Assembly (NCBI GenBank): GCA_034430475.1
Contig: DAOUEA010000055.1
Location: 18,008 to 82,007, forward strand
Origin: Chloroflexota bacterium
GTDB taxonomy: Bacteria; Chloroflexota; Limnocylindria; Limnocylindrales; CSP1-4
DNA: 64,000 bases
Direction of reading: 5' to 3'
Position numbers and translations under genes: made by a program. Positions 48,059 through 56,660 of the stretch are shown here, one piece after another (the first letter of the stretch is position 1; each line of letters starts with the position of its first letter). The notes below the pieces were generated by a model. That model saw only the letters and a list, made by a program, of their open reading frames with translations. It was not told the origin of the DNA and made no database searches.

Positions 48059-48268
48059 CTTGCTCCTCGGTGCGCGGGTGGGAGGCCCGCGGCCTGCGAC
48101 CGCGCAAACCCGGCCGCCGATTCGACCGTGTGGCAAACCCGCCGCGCTGATCGTAAGTCAACCGGGCCTCGCCGGCCAGATCGCGGTCCACGGGCAGGCT
48201 CAGCCCGCACCGCGGCAGCCGGACGGCAACTCGATGCAGGTTCTGGCGCACGCTGCTACTTTTCCACC

Positions 48269-49090
48269 ATGAGCCTGCAGCCCGTTGTCAGAAGCGCCTC
48301 GCGCGCAGCCCAGCCTGCCTCCGAGACACCTTCGCCTGCGCCCGCCGACATCGGGAGCGACGAGCACTTCGAGCATGGGACAGACGCCGACATGATCGGG
48401 CGGCGAGTGCGCACGGCCAATCCGCTCGTCACCCCCTCGCCCGGCCCGGGCGCCTCCTCGACGTTGCGGCGCGAAGTTCTCTACGCCCTGCGCACCGGCG
48501 GGCCCGCCTCCCCGGACCAGATTGCCGAGCGAGTCGGGGCCAGCCGCACCGGCGTCCTGCAGCAGCTTCGGACGCTCGAGACGGCCGGCCTGGTCACGCG
48601 CAGCCTGGCGCGCCACGGCGTGGGCCGGCCGCGCCATGTCTACGACCTCACGCCTCCGGCCCAGGATCTGTTCCCAGCCAACTACGGCGCGCTTACGCAG
48701 TCGATGCTCTCGGCCATCAGGACCGTTGGCGGGGATGAGCTGATCCACGAGATCTTCGAGGTGCGGCGCGAGATGCTCAAGGCACGGATCCAGCGGCGCT
48801 TCGAGGACCATCTGCCGCCCGACGCCACTCTCTGGGATCGCGTGCGCGAGGTCGCCAGCTACGAAGACGAGACAGGGTATCTGGGCCGCGCCACCTGCGA
48901 CGCCGCGGGCACGATCCGCCTCCACGAGCACAACTGCGCCATCTCCGCGATCTCGGGCGAATACCAGATCGCCTGCGACCAGGAGCTGCAGCTGTTCGGC
49001 GAGGTCCTGAACGCCCGCGTCACGCGGGAGAGCCACATCGCCTCGGGTGGGCGCAGCTGCACCTACCGCATCGAGCCGCTGGACAAGTAG
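48269..49090 (+). CDS. SufR-like wHTH metalloregulator
   Basis: HTH (VLQQLRTLE..GLV, GVGRPRHVY) plus C-terminal EHNCAI, ACDQEL, GGRSCTY; TACTTT, 6 nt, ATG. Confidence 0.8.
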   Translation: MSLQPVVRSASRAAQPASETPSPAPADIGSDEHFEHGTDADMIGRRVRTANPLVTPSPGPGASSTLRREVLYALRTGGPASPDQIAERVGASRTGVLQQLRTLETAGLVTRSLARHGVGRPRHVYDLTPPAQDLFPANYGALTQSMLSAIRTVGGDELIHEIFEVRREMLKARIQRRFEDHLPPDATLWDRVREVASYEDETGYLGRATCDAAGTIRLHEHNCAISAISGEYQIACDQELQLFGEVLNARVTRESHIASGGRSCTYRIEPLDK

Positions 49091-49111
49091 CCCGGCGACC
49101 CGCGGCGCCGC

Positions 49112-50167
49112 CTATTGCTCTTCACGCTCCACTTCGTGGCGGGTGGCCGGCCGAACGGCCGGGGTCGGGGCGGCGTCCGCCGCGGGCACGAACGAAGCCG
49201 CCATCGACGTCTCGGCCGCGGCCAGTTGCTCTTCGTAGCTGAGGATGCCCAGCCGCCCCAGGGTTGCCAGCTCGTCGCGGATGTAGGTCCGCAGCATCTC
49301 CGGGCCGTCGGTGCTGATGGCGAAGCGAATGCCGTTGCGCCGGAACTGGTCGAAGATCCAGCGGAACTCCTCCCACCCGGAGACCACCTCCGTCTGCAGG
49401 TTCGATGTCGGGCAGATCTCCAGGACGATCCCGCGCTCGCGCAGCAGACCCATCGTTCGGGCGTCGTAGGCGCTCTTCACGCCGTGGCCGATACGGTCGG
49501 GCTCCAGCTGCTCGATCACTTCGGCCACCTCTTCGGCCGGGCCGACCTCGCCGGCGTGGACTGTCACGCCCAACCCGGAGCGGCGGGCACAAGCGAAGAG
49601 CTCGCGGTAGTCGGCAACCCGGAAGGCGGATGAGTCCGGCCCGGCGATGTCGATGCCGACCACTCCCCTGCTCCGCCAGGCGATCGCCTTGTCGACGATG
49701 ATCTCGTTGAGCTCATAGGGGAAAGCACGGTCCAGGCAGAAGATCAGGCCGGGGCGGATCGGGTACTCGAGCACCGCCCGGTCCATGCCCCGCAGGGCGG
49801 CAGCGATGATGTGGTCCAGGTCCTGCTCGCCGCCGCGGTTGCGCTTCATGGGGTTGAAGCGCAGCTCCATGGTAGTGATGTTGTTCTTGCGGTAGGCGCC
49901 GCCCACGACCTCGTAGACCGACCGCTCCATGGCCAGGGGCGAGGACTGGATCAGCTCCGTCCAGTGGAACAGCTGCAGGTAGCCGTCGAAGGAGTGGCCG
50001 CGTTTGGGAGAAGCCGTGACCATGTCGCGGAACTCCCAGTAGTCCTTCGTCGGCAGCTTGATGCCCTGGTCGTGGGCGATCCCCCACATCACCGAAGGCG
50101 TCACGGCGCTGCCGAGGTGGCAATGGAGCTCGGCGAGCGGCAACTTGCGCGGCAGCTGACGGGCCAT
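49112..50167 (-). CDS. Adenosine deaminase family protein
   Basis: HCHLGS, HAGE, RIGHG, EICPTSN, STDGP. Confidence 0.88.
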   Translation of the reverse strand: MARQLPRKLPLAELHCHLGSAVTPSVMWGIAHDQGIKLPTKDYWEFRDMVTASPKRGHSFDGYLQLFHWTELIQSSPLAMERSVYEVVGGAYRKNNITTMELRFNPMKRNRGGEQDLDHIIAAALRGMDRAVLEYPIRPGLIFCLDRAFPYELNEIIVDKAIAWRSRGVVGIDIAGPDSSAFRVADYRELFACARRSGLGVTVHAGEVGPAEEVAEVIEQLEPDRIGHGVKSAYDARTMGLLRERGIVLEICPTSNLQTEVVSGWEEFRWIFDQFRRNGIRFAISTDGPEMLRTYIRDELATLGRLGILSYEEQLAAAETSMAASFVPAADAAPTPAVRPATRHEVEREEQ

Positions 50168-50257
50168 CTGGACAGAGCATAGCCGCTCCGCGGCAGAGGG
50201 CCGAGAACGCAGGGCGCACCCGAAACCGGATCACAACCCAAGCGAGCCGGATCAGCC

Positions 50258-50286
50258 TTGCAGCAGCCTCCGCCGGGGGATACTCT
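50258..50286 (+). promoter_or_regulatory. Sigma70-type promoter of the amino acid ABC operon
   Basis: TTGCAG, 17 nt, TACTCT. Confidence 0.55.
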
Positions 50287-50364
50287 CCCTCCACCGACAC
50301 GCCCGGGCGCGTCGCGGCGGGACGGCGCGCGTGCTGGCGTCACCAGGAAAACAGGAGGAACGAA

Positions 50365-51243
50365 GTGGTTGCATCTCGTCTCCGGATTCTCGTCGCGCTG
50401 GCCGCCGCGGTCATCGTCGCAGGCGCCGTCGCCGGCGCCTGCGGCAGCAGCGAAGAGACCAGCAAGCCGGCTACCGTCGCCGACGACCAGTTGAACGTCA
50501 AGGGCAAACTGATCGTCTGCGCGGATATGCCGTATCCCCCGCAGGAGTATCTCGACGAGAGCGGTAACCCGACCGGCTCCGACATCGAGATCGCCCAGGC
50601 CCTGGCCGATCGGATGGGCCTGACCCTCCAGGTCGAGAACACCGTCTGGGACACCATCATCCAGGCTCTCTCGACGGGCAAGTGCGACCTGATCATCTCG
50701 GCTATGACCATCACCGACGACCGGGCGGAGCAGATCGACTTCATCCCCTACTTCGTGGCCGGCCAGGCCTTCGTGGTCCTGAAGGACAACCCCGAGAACA
50801 TCACGAGCGTGGATGACCTGTGCGGCAAGGCCGTGGCCGCCGAGACCGGCACGACCGAGGATCAGTCGCTGCGCGGCACCGACGCCTATGAAGGCAAGGG
50901 TCTCTCCGACGCCTGCGTCGCCAAGGGCAAAGAGGCAATCGAGATCCAGACCTACCAGAAGGACAGCGACGCCTTGCTGGCCCTGCAGACCAACAAGGTG
51001 GACGCTTACTTCACGGACTCACCCGTCGCGGCATACCAGGTGACCGAGCACGGCGACTCCTTCCAGCTCGTCCCCGGCCTCCTGCTCGACACCGCGCCCG
51101 AGGGCATCGGCGTGCCCAAGGACAAGACCGGCCTTCAGGACGCCGTCAAGACGGCTCTCAAGGCCATGATCGACGATGGCTCGTACATGGCGATCCTCGA
51201 GAAGTACGAGCTCCAGGATGGGGCGGTCACGTCTGTCGAATAG
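50365..51243 (+). CDS. Polar amino acid ABC transporter substrate-binding lipoprotein
   Basis: Lipobox AGAC; YPP, GSDIEIA, WDTII.AL, ITDDRAEQIDF..Y; AGGAGG RBS. Confidence 0.92.
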   Translation: MVASRLRILVALAAAVIVAGAVAGACGSSEETSKPATVADDQLNVKGKLIVCADMPYPPQEYLDESGNPTGSDIEIAQALADRMGLTLQVENTVWDTIIQALSTGKCDLIISAMTITDDRAEQIDFIPYFVAGQAFVVLKDNPENITSVDDLCGKAVAAETGTTEDQSLRGTDAYEGKGLSDACVAKGKEAIEIQTYQKDSDALLALQTNKVDAYFTDSPVAAYQVTEHGDSFQLVPGLLLDTAPEGIGVPKDKTGLQDAVKTALKAMIDDGSYMAILEKYELQDGAVTSVE

Positions 51244-51261
51244 ACACGGCTGGCCGTCAGC

Positions 51262-52161
51262 ATGACCCGTCGCATCGGAGGCATCCGGCCAGCGCTGCTG
51301 GCCGGATGCCTTCTGCTCGCCGGCCTCACAGTCGCGGGCTGCTCCTCAGGCAAGGCATCCGTCCCCACTGACTGGAGCATCTTCTGGCGCTCCATCTTCC
51401 AGCCCGACGGTCTGATCCTGAGCGGGCTGTGGCTGACAGTCTCGATCGCCGTCATCAGCCAGACGCTCGGCCTGATCCTGGGGATCCTCGCCGCACTGGG
51501 CCGCATGGCTAAGGCCTGGCCGCTGCGCGCGGTCGCGGGGATCTACATCTGGCTCTTCCGCGGAACGCCCCTGCTGGTCCAGATCATGCTCGTCTACTTC
51601 GGTTTGCCGGCGGTGGGCCTGTACGATTTCCCCACCTTCACCATCCCAGGCATCAACGTCGCCGTGCCCAACGCGGTCCAGGCCGGCATAGTCGCCCTGA
51701 GCCTGAACGAGGGCGCCTACATGGCCGAGATCGTCCGGGCCGGCATCCTCTCGATCGATCCCGGACAGACCGAAGCCGCCAAGTCGCTCGGGATGACATA
51801 CGGGCAGACGATGCGACGGATCGTCCTGCCGCAGGCGGCGCGGGTCATCATTCCGCCGCTCGGCAACGAGTTCAACAACATGCTCAAGACCACCTCATTG
51901 CTGGTGGTCATCGGTGTCCGCGAGCTATTCGTCATCTTCTCCTACAAGAACACGACCGGTTCCACGTCGCTCCAGCCCTTCGCCCTGTTCCTCGCCTGCG
52001 CGGTCTGGTACCTGATGCTGACCACGATCTGGGGCTTCATCCAGGCTCGCATCGAGCGCCGCTTTGGCCGGGGCGCGGCCGGTGCCGTGGAGGAAGAGGG
52101 CTTCCTCTCCCGGGTGTTCGGGTCGCGCGGATCTTCGGGCAGCACCGTGGAAGGCCGCTGA
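51262..52161 (+). CDS. Polar amino acid ABC permease with a lipoprotein-like N-terminal extension
   Basis: [34 protein letters not shown]; N-terminal VAGC lipobox. Confidence 0.92.
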   Translation: MTRRIGGIRPALLAGCLLLAGLTVAGCSSGKASVPTDWSIFWRSIFQPDGLILSGLWLTVSIAVISQTLGLILGILAALGRMAKAWPLRAVAGIYIWLFRGTPLLVQIMLVYFGLPAVGLYDFPTFTIPGINVAVPNAVQAGIVALSLNEGAYMAEIVRAGILSIDPGQTEAAKSLGMTYGQTMRRIVLPQAARVIIPPLGNEFNNMLKTTSLLVVIGVRELFVIFSYKNTTGSTSLQPFALFLACAVWYLMLTTIWGFIQARIERRFGRGAAGAVEEEGFLSRVFGSRGSSGSTVEGR

Positions 52162-52973
52162 TGGCCGGCAACCTCCTCGGCGCCATCGGGGGCGTGCCCC
52201 TGCCCGAGACGGACGTCGTCGTCGACGCCCGCGACGTCAACAAGTGGTTCGGCCGTCTTCACGTCCTGAAGGACGTCTCGTTGCAGGTGAAGCGGCAGGA
52301 GACCGTCGTGGTCATCGGGCCGTCCGGTTCGGGGAAGACGACGTTCATCCGCTGCGTCAACCACCTGGAGAAGATCCAGAGCGGGCGGATCTTCGTGAAC
52401 GGCCACTTGATCGGCTATCGCGAGAGTTCGGGCGGGAAGCTGGTCGAGGACAAGGAGAAGAACATCGCCCGCCAGCGCCAGGAGATCGGCATGGTCTTCC
52501 AGCGCTTCAACCTGTTCCCGCACATGACGGCCATAGGGAACATCAGCGAGGCGCCGATTCAGGTGCGAGGCGTCGCCCGTGAGGAGGCCGAGGAGACGGC
52601 CCGGGCGTTGCTGGAGCGCGTGGGCCTGGCGGCGAAGGCCGATTCCTATCCGGCGCAGCTCTCCGGCGGCCAGCAACAGCGCGTGGCCATCGCTCGGGCC
52701 CTGGCCATGAAGCCGGCGCTGATGCTCTTCGACGAGCCCACCTCCGCGCTTGACCCGGAGATGATCGGCGAGGTGCTGGAGGTCATGAAGGAGCTGGCCC
52801 GCGAGGGCATGACGATGATCGTGGTCAGCCACGAGATGGGCTTCGCCCGCGAGGTCGCCAACCGCGTGGTCATGATGGACGAGGGCCAGGTCATCGAGGA
52901 GGGCTCGCCCGACCAGGTCTTCTCGGCCCCGGCCCAGGAGCGGACGCAGGCGTTCCTCTCGAAGATCCTGTAG
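52161..52973 (+). CDS. Polar amino acid ABC ATP-binding protein
   Basis: [35 protein letters not shown]; TGATG overlap with the permease. Confidence 0.95.
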   Translation: MAGNLLGAIGGVPLPETDVVVDARDVNKWFGRLHVLKDVSLQVKRQETVVVIGPSGSGKTTFIRCVNHLEKIQSGRIFVNGHLIGYRESSGGKLVEDKEKNIARQRQEIGMVFQRFNLFPHMTAIGNISEAPIQVRGVAREEAEETARALLERVGLAAKADSYPAQLSGGQQQRVAIARALAMKPALMLFDEPTSALDPEMIGEVLEVMKELAREGMTMIVVSHEMGFAREVANRVVMMDEGQVIEEGSPDQVFSAPAQERTQAFLSKIL

Positions 52974-53016
52974 CGGCTCAGGCGGGCCGGGCGGCCCATT
53001 CGGGCGCGGGTGGCGC

Positions 53017-53991
53017 CTAGTGCCGCCCGGGGCGAGGTTGAGGGTGGGCCCCGGCTCGGGCAGCGGCCCGGGCGGCGGCTCGGGCCGCTGCGTCCGGCAC
53101 CTGGTCGCGGGCGCGGTAGCTGGAGCGGACCAGCGGCCCGGATTCCACGTGGCGGAAGCCCAGCTCGAGCGCCTCTAGCTTCATCTCGGCGAATTCGGCG
53201 GGGTGATAGTAGCGCTCCACCGGCAGGTGCTCAGGCGTGGGCCGCAGGTACTGGCCCAGGGTCAGGGTGTCACAGTCGACGGCGCGCAGGTCGAGAAGAG
53301 CCTGGCGCAGCTCCGCTCGCGTCTCGCCCAGCCCGACCATGATGGAGGATTTCGTGTGCATGCCCGCAGGCCGTCCGTCGACCCCGAAGCCCAGCTCAGC
53401 CGCCAGCGTCTTCGCCCTCGTCAGCACTTCGAGCGAGCGATCGTAGCGGGCCCGCTTGCGCACGGGCTTCTGCATCCGCTCCACCGTCTCCAGGTTGTGG
53501 CTCAGGATGTCCGGACCGGCCGTCATGACGGTCCGCAGTGGCTCCGTTTCGCCGTTGAAGTCTGGGATCAGCACTTCCACGCCCATGCCCGGGCAGGCCA
53601 TTCGCAACCGCCTGATCGTCTCGGCGAAGGCGCCCGCGCCCCCGTCGGCCAGATCGTCGCGTGCCACGCTCGTGACTACGACGTGGTCCAGATCAAGGTC
53701 TCGGATCGCCTCCGCTACGCGTCTCGGCTCGTCCGAGTCGACGGCCCCCGGGCGTCCGGTCGCGACGGCGCAGAAGCCGCAGGCCCGCGTACACACGTCA
53801 CCCAGGATCATGACGGTGACCGTGCGTGCGGCCCAGCACTCGCCGAGATTGGGACAGCGCGCCTCCTCGCACACGGTGTTCAGGCGCAGGCCGTGCATGA
53901 GCCGGCGCACATCCTGGTACGTCTCGCCCGCCGGGATCCGGGCGCGAATCCACTTGGGGTGGCGACGGGGCGCGGGGGCGGTCTCAGTCAT
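53017..53991 (-). CDS. lipA: Lipoyl synthase
   Basis: CEEARCPNLGEC, CTRACGFC, HNLETV, RSSY; start ATG 53991. Confidence 0.96.
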   Translation of the reverse strand: MTETAPAPRRHPKWIRARIPAGETYQDVRRLMHGLRLNTVCEEARCPNLGECWAARTVTVMILGDVCTRACGFCAVATGRPGAVDSDEPRRVAEAIRDLDLDHVVVTSVARDDLADGGAGAFAETIRRLRMACPGMGVEVLIPDFNGETEPLRTVMTAGPDILSHNLETVERMQKPVRKRARYDRSLEVLTRAKTLAAELGFGVDGRPAGMHTKSSIMVGLGETRAELRQALLDLRAVDCDTLTLGQYLRPTPEHLPVERYYHPAEFAEMKLEALELGFRHVESGPLVRSSYRARDQVPDAAARAAARAAARAGAHPQPRPGRH

Positions 53992-54185
53992 CGGCTCGCG
54001 GATAGTATCCGCCACCAGCAGGCGCCGCGCATCTGCCACCCCCTGAGCAGTCGTGAGCCGGAGACGACCCCATCAGGCGCTACCCGCGCCCCTTACCCTT
54101 CCGGCCAGCCCGCAGAACCGCGATGATTGGGGGCGATAGGGCCGCGCCGGAAGGCGCCAGGCCGCACAGCGGAAAGGGGACGAAG

Positions 54186-55205
54186 ATGCAGATCGGACTC
54201 GTCGGGCTGGGCCGGATGGGGGCCAACATGTCGCGGCGCTGGCTCCGCGCCGGCCACAGCGTCGTCGGCTATGCCCGCCACTACGAGACTGTGAAAGGGC
54301 TGCTTGATCAGAAGGCCATCTCGGCCGGGGCCACCTCGCTGGAGAACCTTGTCGAGCAGCTGACCGCCCCCAGGATCCTGTGGCTGATGGTCCCGGCAGC
54401 CTCGGTGGACGACACTGTCGACCGTCTGGTGCCGCTGCTCGGCCGCGACGACGTTGTCATCGACGGCGGCAACTCCTACTACGTAGACGACCTGCGCCGC
54501 TCCGCCGCACTGGCCAAGGCCGGCATCCACTACCTCGACTGCGGCACCAGCGGCGGTGTTTTGGGTCTCGAGCGGGGCTACTGCCTGATGATCGGCGGCG
54601 ATCCTGAGGCGGTGACGCGCCTGGACCCGATCTTCAAGGCCCTGGCGCCGGGAGTGGACGCAGCGCCGCGCACGCCCGGTCGGACCGGCGAACCCACGCC
54701 GGCGGAGCAGGGCTACCTGCACTGCGGGACCAGCGGCGCCGGCCACTTCGTCAAGATGGTCCACAACGGCATCGAGTACGGGGTCATGGCGGCCTATGCC
54801 GAGGGCATCAACATCCTGGCCCACGCCGCCTCGGGCTCGCGCGGCCGCGACGTCAGCGCCGAGGTCGCTCCTCTCCGCGATCCGGATCACTACAAGTACG
54901 AGTTGGACCTGCCGGCCGTGACAGAGGTCTGGCGCCGCGGCAGCGTCATCGCTTCCTGGCTGCTCGATCTGACCGCTCAGGCGTTCGTGCACAGCGCTGA
55001 TCTGTCCGACTTCGAGGGCCGCGTCTCTGATTCGGGCGAAGGCCGCTGGACGAGCATCGCCGCCATCGAGGTCGACACGCCCGCGCCGGTGCTGACGACC
55101 GCCCTCTACGAGCGCTTTGCCTCGCGCGGCGAGGCCGACCTTGCCGATCGCGTGCTGTCGGCAATGCGCTTCGGCTTCGGCGGGCATGAGGAGCGAAAGG
55201 AGTAG
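54186..55205 (+). CDS. gnd: 6-phosphogluconate dehydrogenase, decarboxylating, short form
   Basis: GLGRMG, IDGGNS, SGAGHFVKMVHNGIEY, DSGEGRW, MRFGFGGH. Confidence 0.94.
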   Translation: MQIGLVGLGRMGANMSRRWLRAGHSVVGYARHYETVKGLLDQKAISAGATSLENLVEQLTAPRILWLMVPAASVDDTVDRLVPLLGRDDVVIDGGNSYYVDDLRRSAALAKAGIHYLDCGTSGGVLGLERGYCLMIGGDPEAVTRLDPIFKALAPGVDAAPRTPGRTGEPTPAEQGYLHCGTSGAGHFVKMVHNGIEYGVMAAYAEGINILAHAASGSRGRDVSAEVAPLRDPDHYKYELDLPAVTEVWRRGSVIASWLLDLTAQAFVHSADLSDFEGRVSDSGEGRWTSIAAIEVDTPAPVLTTALYERFASRGEADLADRVLSAMRFGFGGHEERKE

Positions 55206-55208
55206 CAC

Positions 55209-56660
55209 ATGGTGGCCGTCGGGCCCGGCCGTCCATCCAGGGATGCCCGGCAGGATCGGGCCGATGCCTTCGTCTTCTTCGGGGCCACCGGAGATCTTGC
55301 TTACAAGCAGATCTTCCCGGCCCTGGCGGGACTGATCCGCGACGAAGGCTTCGACCTGCCGATCATCGGCGTGGCCCGCCACGGCGACACGGACGCCCTG
55401 CGCCGGCGCGCTCACGAGAGCCTGGCCGAGCACGGCTTCAAGGACGGTGAGGCTACCCGGAAGCTCGTCGACGGGCTGACCTTCGTGCGGGGCTCGGATG
55501 ACGATGCGGAGACGTTCTATGCCCTCCGCCGCGAGCTGGGGAAAACGCGCCACCCGCTGCACTACATGGCAATCCCGCCGGCTCTCTTCGGAGCCGTGGT
55601 GGACAACCTCCAGGCGTCCGGCTGTGCCCGGGGCGCCCGGATAATCGCCGAGAAGCCCTTCGGCCACGACCTGGACTCGGCCAGGGCACTCAACGAGGAG
55701 ATCCACCGGGTCTTCGCCGAGCGCGACATCTTCCGCATCGACCACTACCTGGGCAAGGAGCCGGTCCAGAATCTGCTCTACTTCCGCTTCGCCAATTTGT
55801 TCCTGGAGCCGATCTGGAACCGGGACTACCTCTCGAGCGTGCATATCAACATGCCCGAGGCCTTCGACGTGGCCGATCGCGGCGCCTTCTACGACGCCGC
55901 CGGTGCCATCCGCGACGTCATCCAGAACCACCTGCTGCAGGTCGTCAGCCTCCTGGCAATGGAACCGCCGTCCGGCCACATGCCCGAGGCCACGCGCAAC
56001 GAGCAGTTCAAGGTCGTCGATTCGATCCGCCCGCTCTCGCCAGCGGACGTGATCCGAGGCCAGTACCGAGGCTACTGCGAAGTCGAGGGCGTAGCTCCCG
56101 ATTCGACAACCGAGACCTTCGTCGCCCTGCGCCTGAACGTCAATACGCGGCGCTGGGCCGGGGTGCCGTTCTACATCCGGACCGGCAAGAGCCTGCCCGT
56201 CACGGCGACAGAGGTCCGGGTCGAGATGAAGCGGCCGCCGCAATTGCCCTTCGGAGAGCGCCGGCCGCCCGACGCCGACTACTTCCGCTTCCGGCTCACG
56301 CCCGACATGTCGATCTCATTGGGTGCGCGGGCGAAGAAGCCGGGCGAGGCCATGGTCGGCGAGGCCGTTGAGCTGTACGCGGCTCACGAGAGCCCCGACG
56401 TACGCCCGCCCTACCAGCGCCTGATCGGCGACGCGATCCGCGGCGACCAGTCGCTCTTCGCGCGCGAGGATTGGGTGGAAGCGGCATGGCGGGTGGTGGA
56501 CGGCGTGCTCGACGGCCGGACGCCGCTGTACGAATACGAGCCGGGAACCTGGGGACCGCAGGAGGCAGACGAGGTCCTTGTCCACGGCGACCGCTGGCTG
56601 GACCCACAAGTCGGGCCGAGCGTGCCGGTGGGCCGGGCGTCGGCTCGATCAGCCAGATGA
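55209..56660 (+). CDS. zwf: Glucose-6-phosphate 1-dehydrogenase
   Basis: GATGDLA, EKPFG, RIDHYLGKE, DVIQNHLLQ, RTGK. Confidence 0.95.
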   Translation: MVAVGPGRPSRDARQDRADAFVFFGATGDLAYKQIFPALAGLIRDEGFDLPIIGVARHGDTDALRRRAHESLAEHGFKDGEATRKLVDGLTFVRGSDDDAETFYALRRELGKTRHPLHYMAIPPALFGAVVDNLQASGCARGARIIAEKPFGHDLDSARALNEEIHRVFAERDIFRIDHYLGKEPVQNLLYFRFANLFLEPIWNRDYLSSVHINMPEAFDVADRGAFYDAAGAIRDVIQNHLLQVVSLLAMEPPSGHMPEATRNEQFKVVDSIRPLSPADVIRGQYRGYCEVEGVAPDSTTETFVALRLNVNTRRWAGVPFYIRTGKSLPVTATEVRVEMKRPPQLPFGERRPPDADYFRFRLTPDMSISLGARAKKPGEAMVGEAVELYAAHESPDVRPPYQRLIGDAIRGDQSLFAREDWVEAAWRVVDGVLDGRTPLYEYEPGTWGPQEADEVLVHGDRWLDPQVGPSVPVGRASARSAR

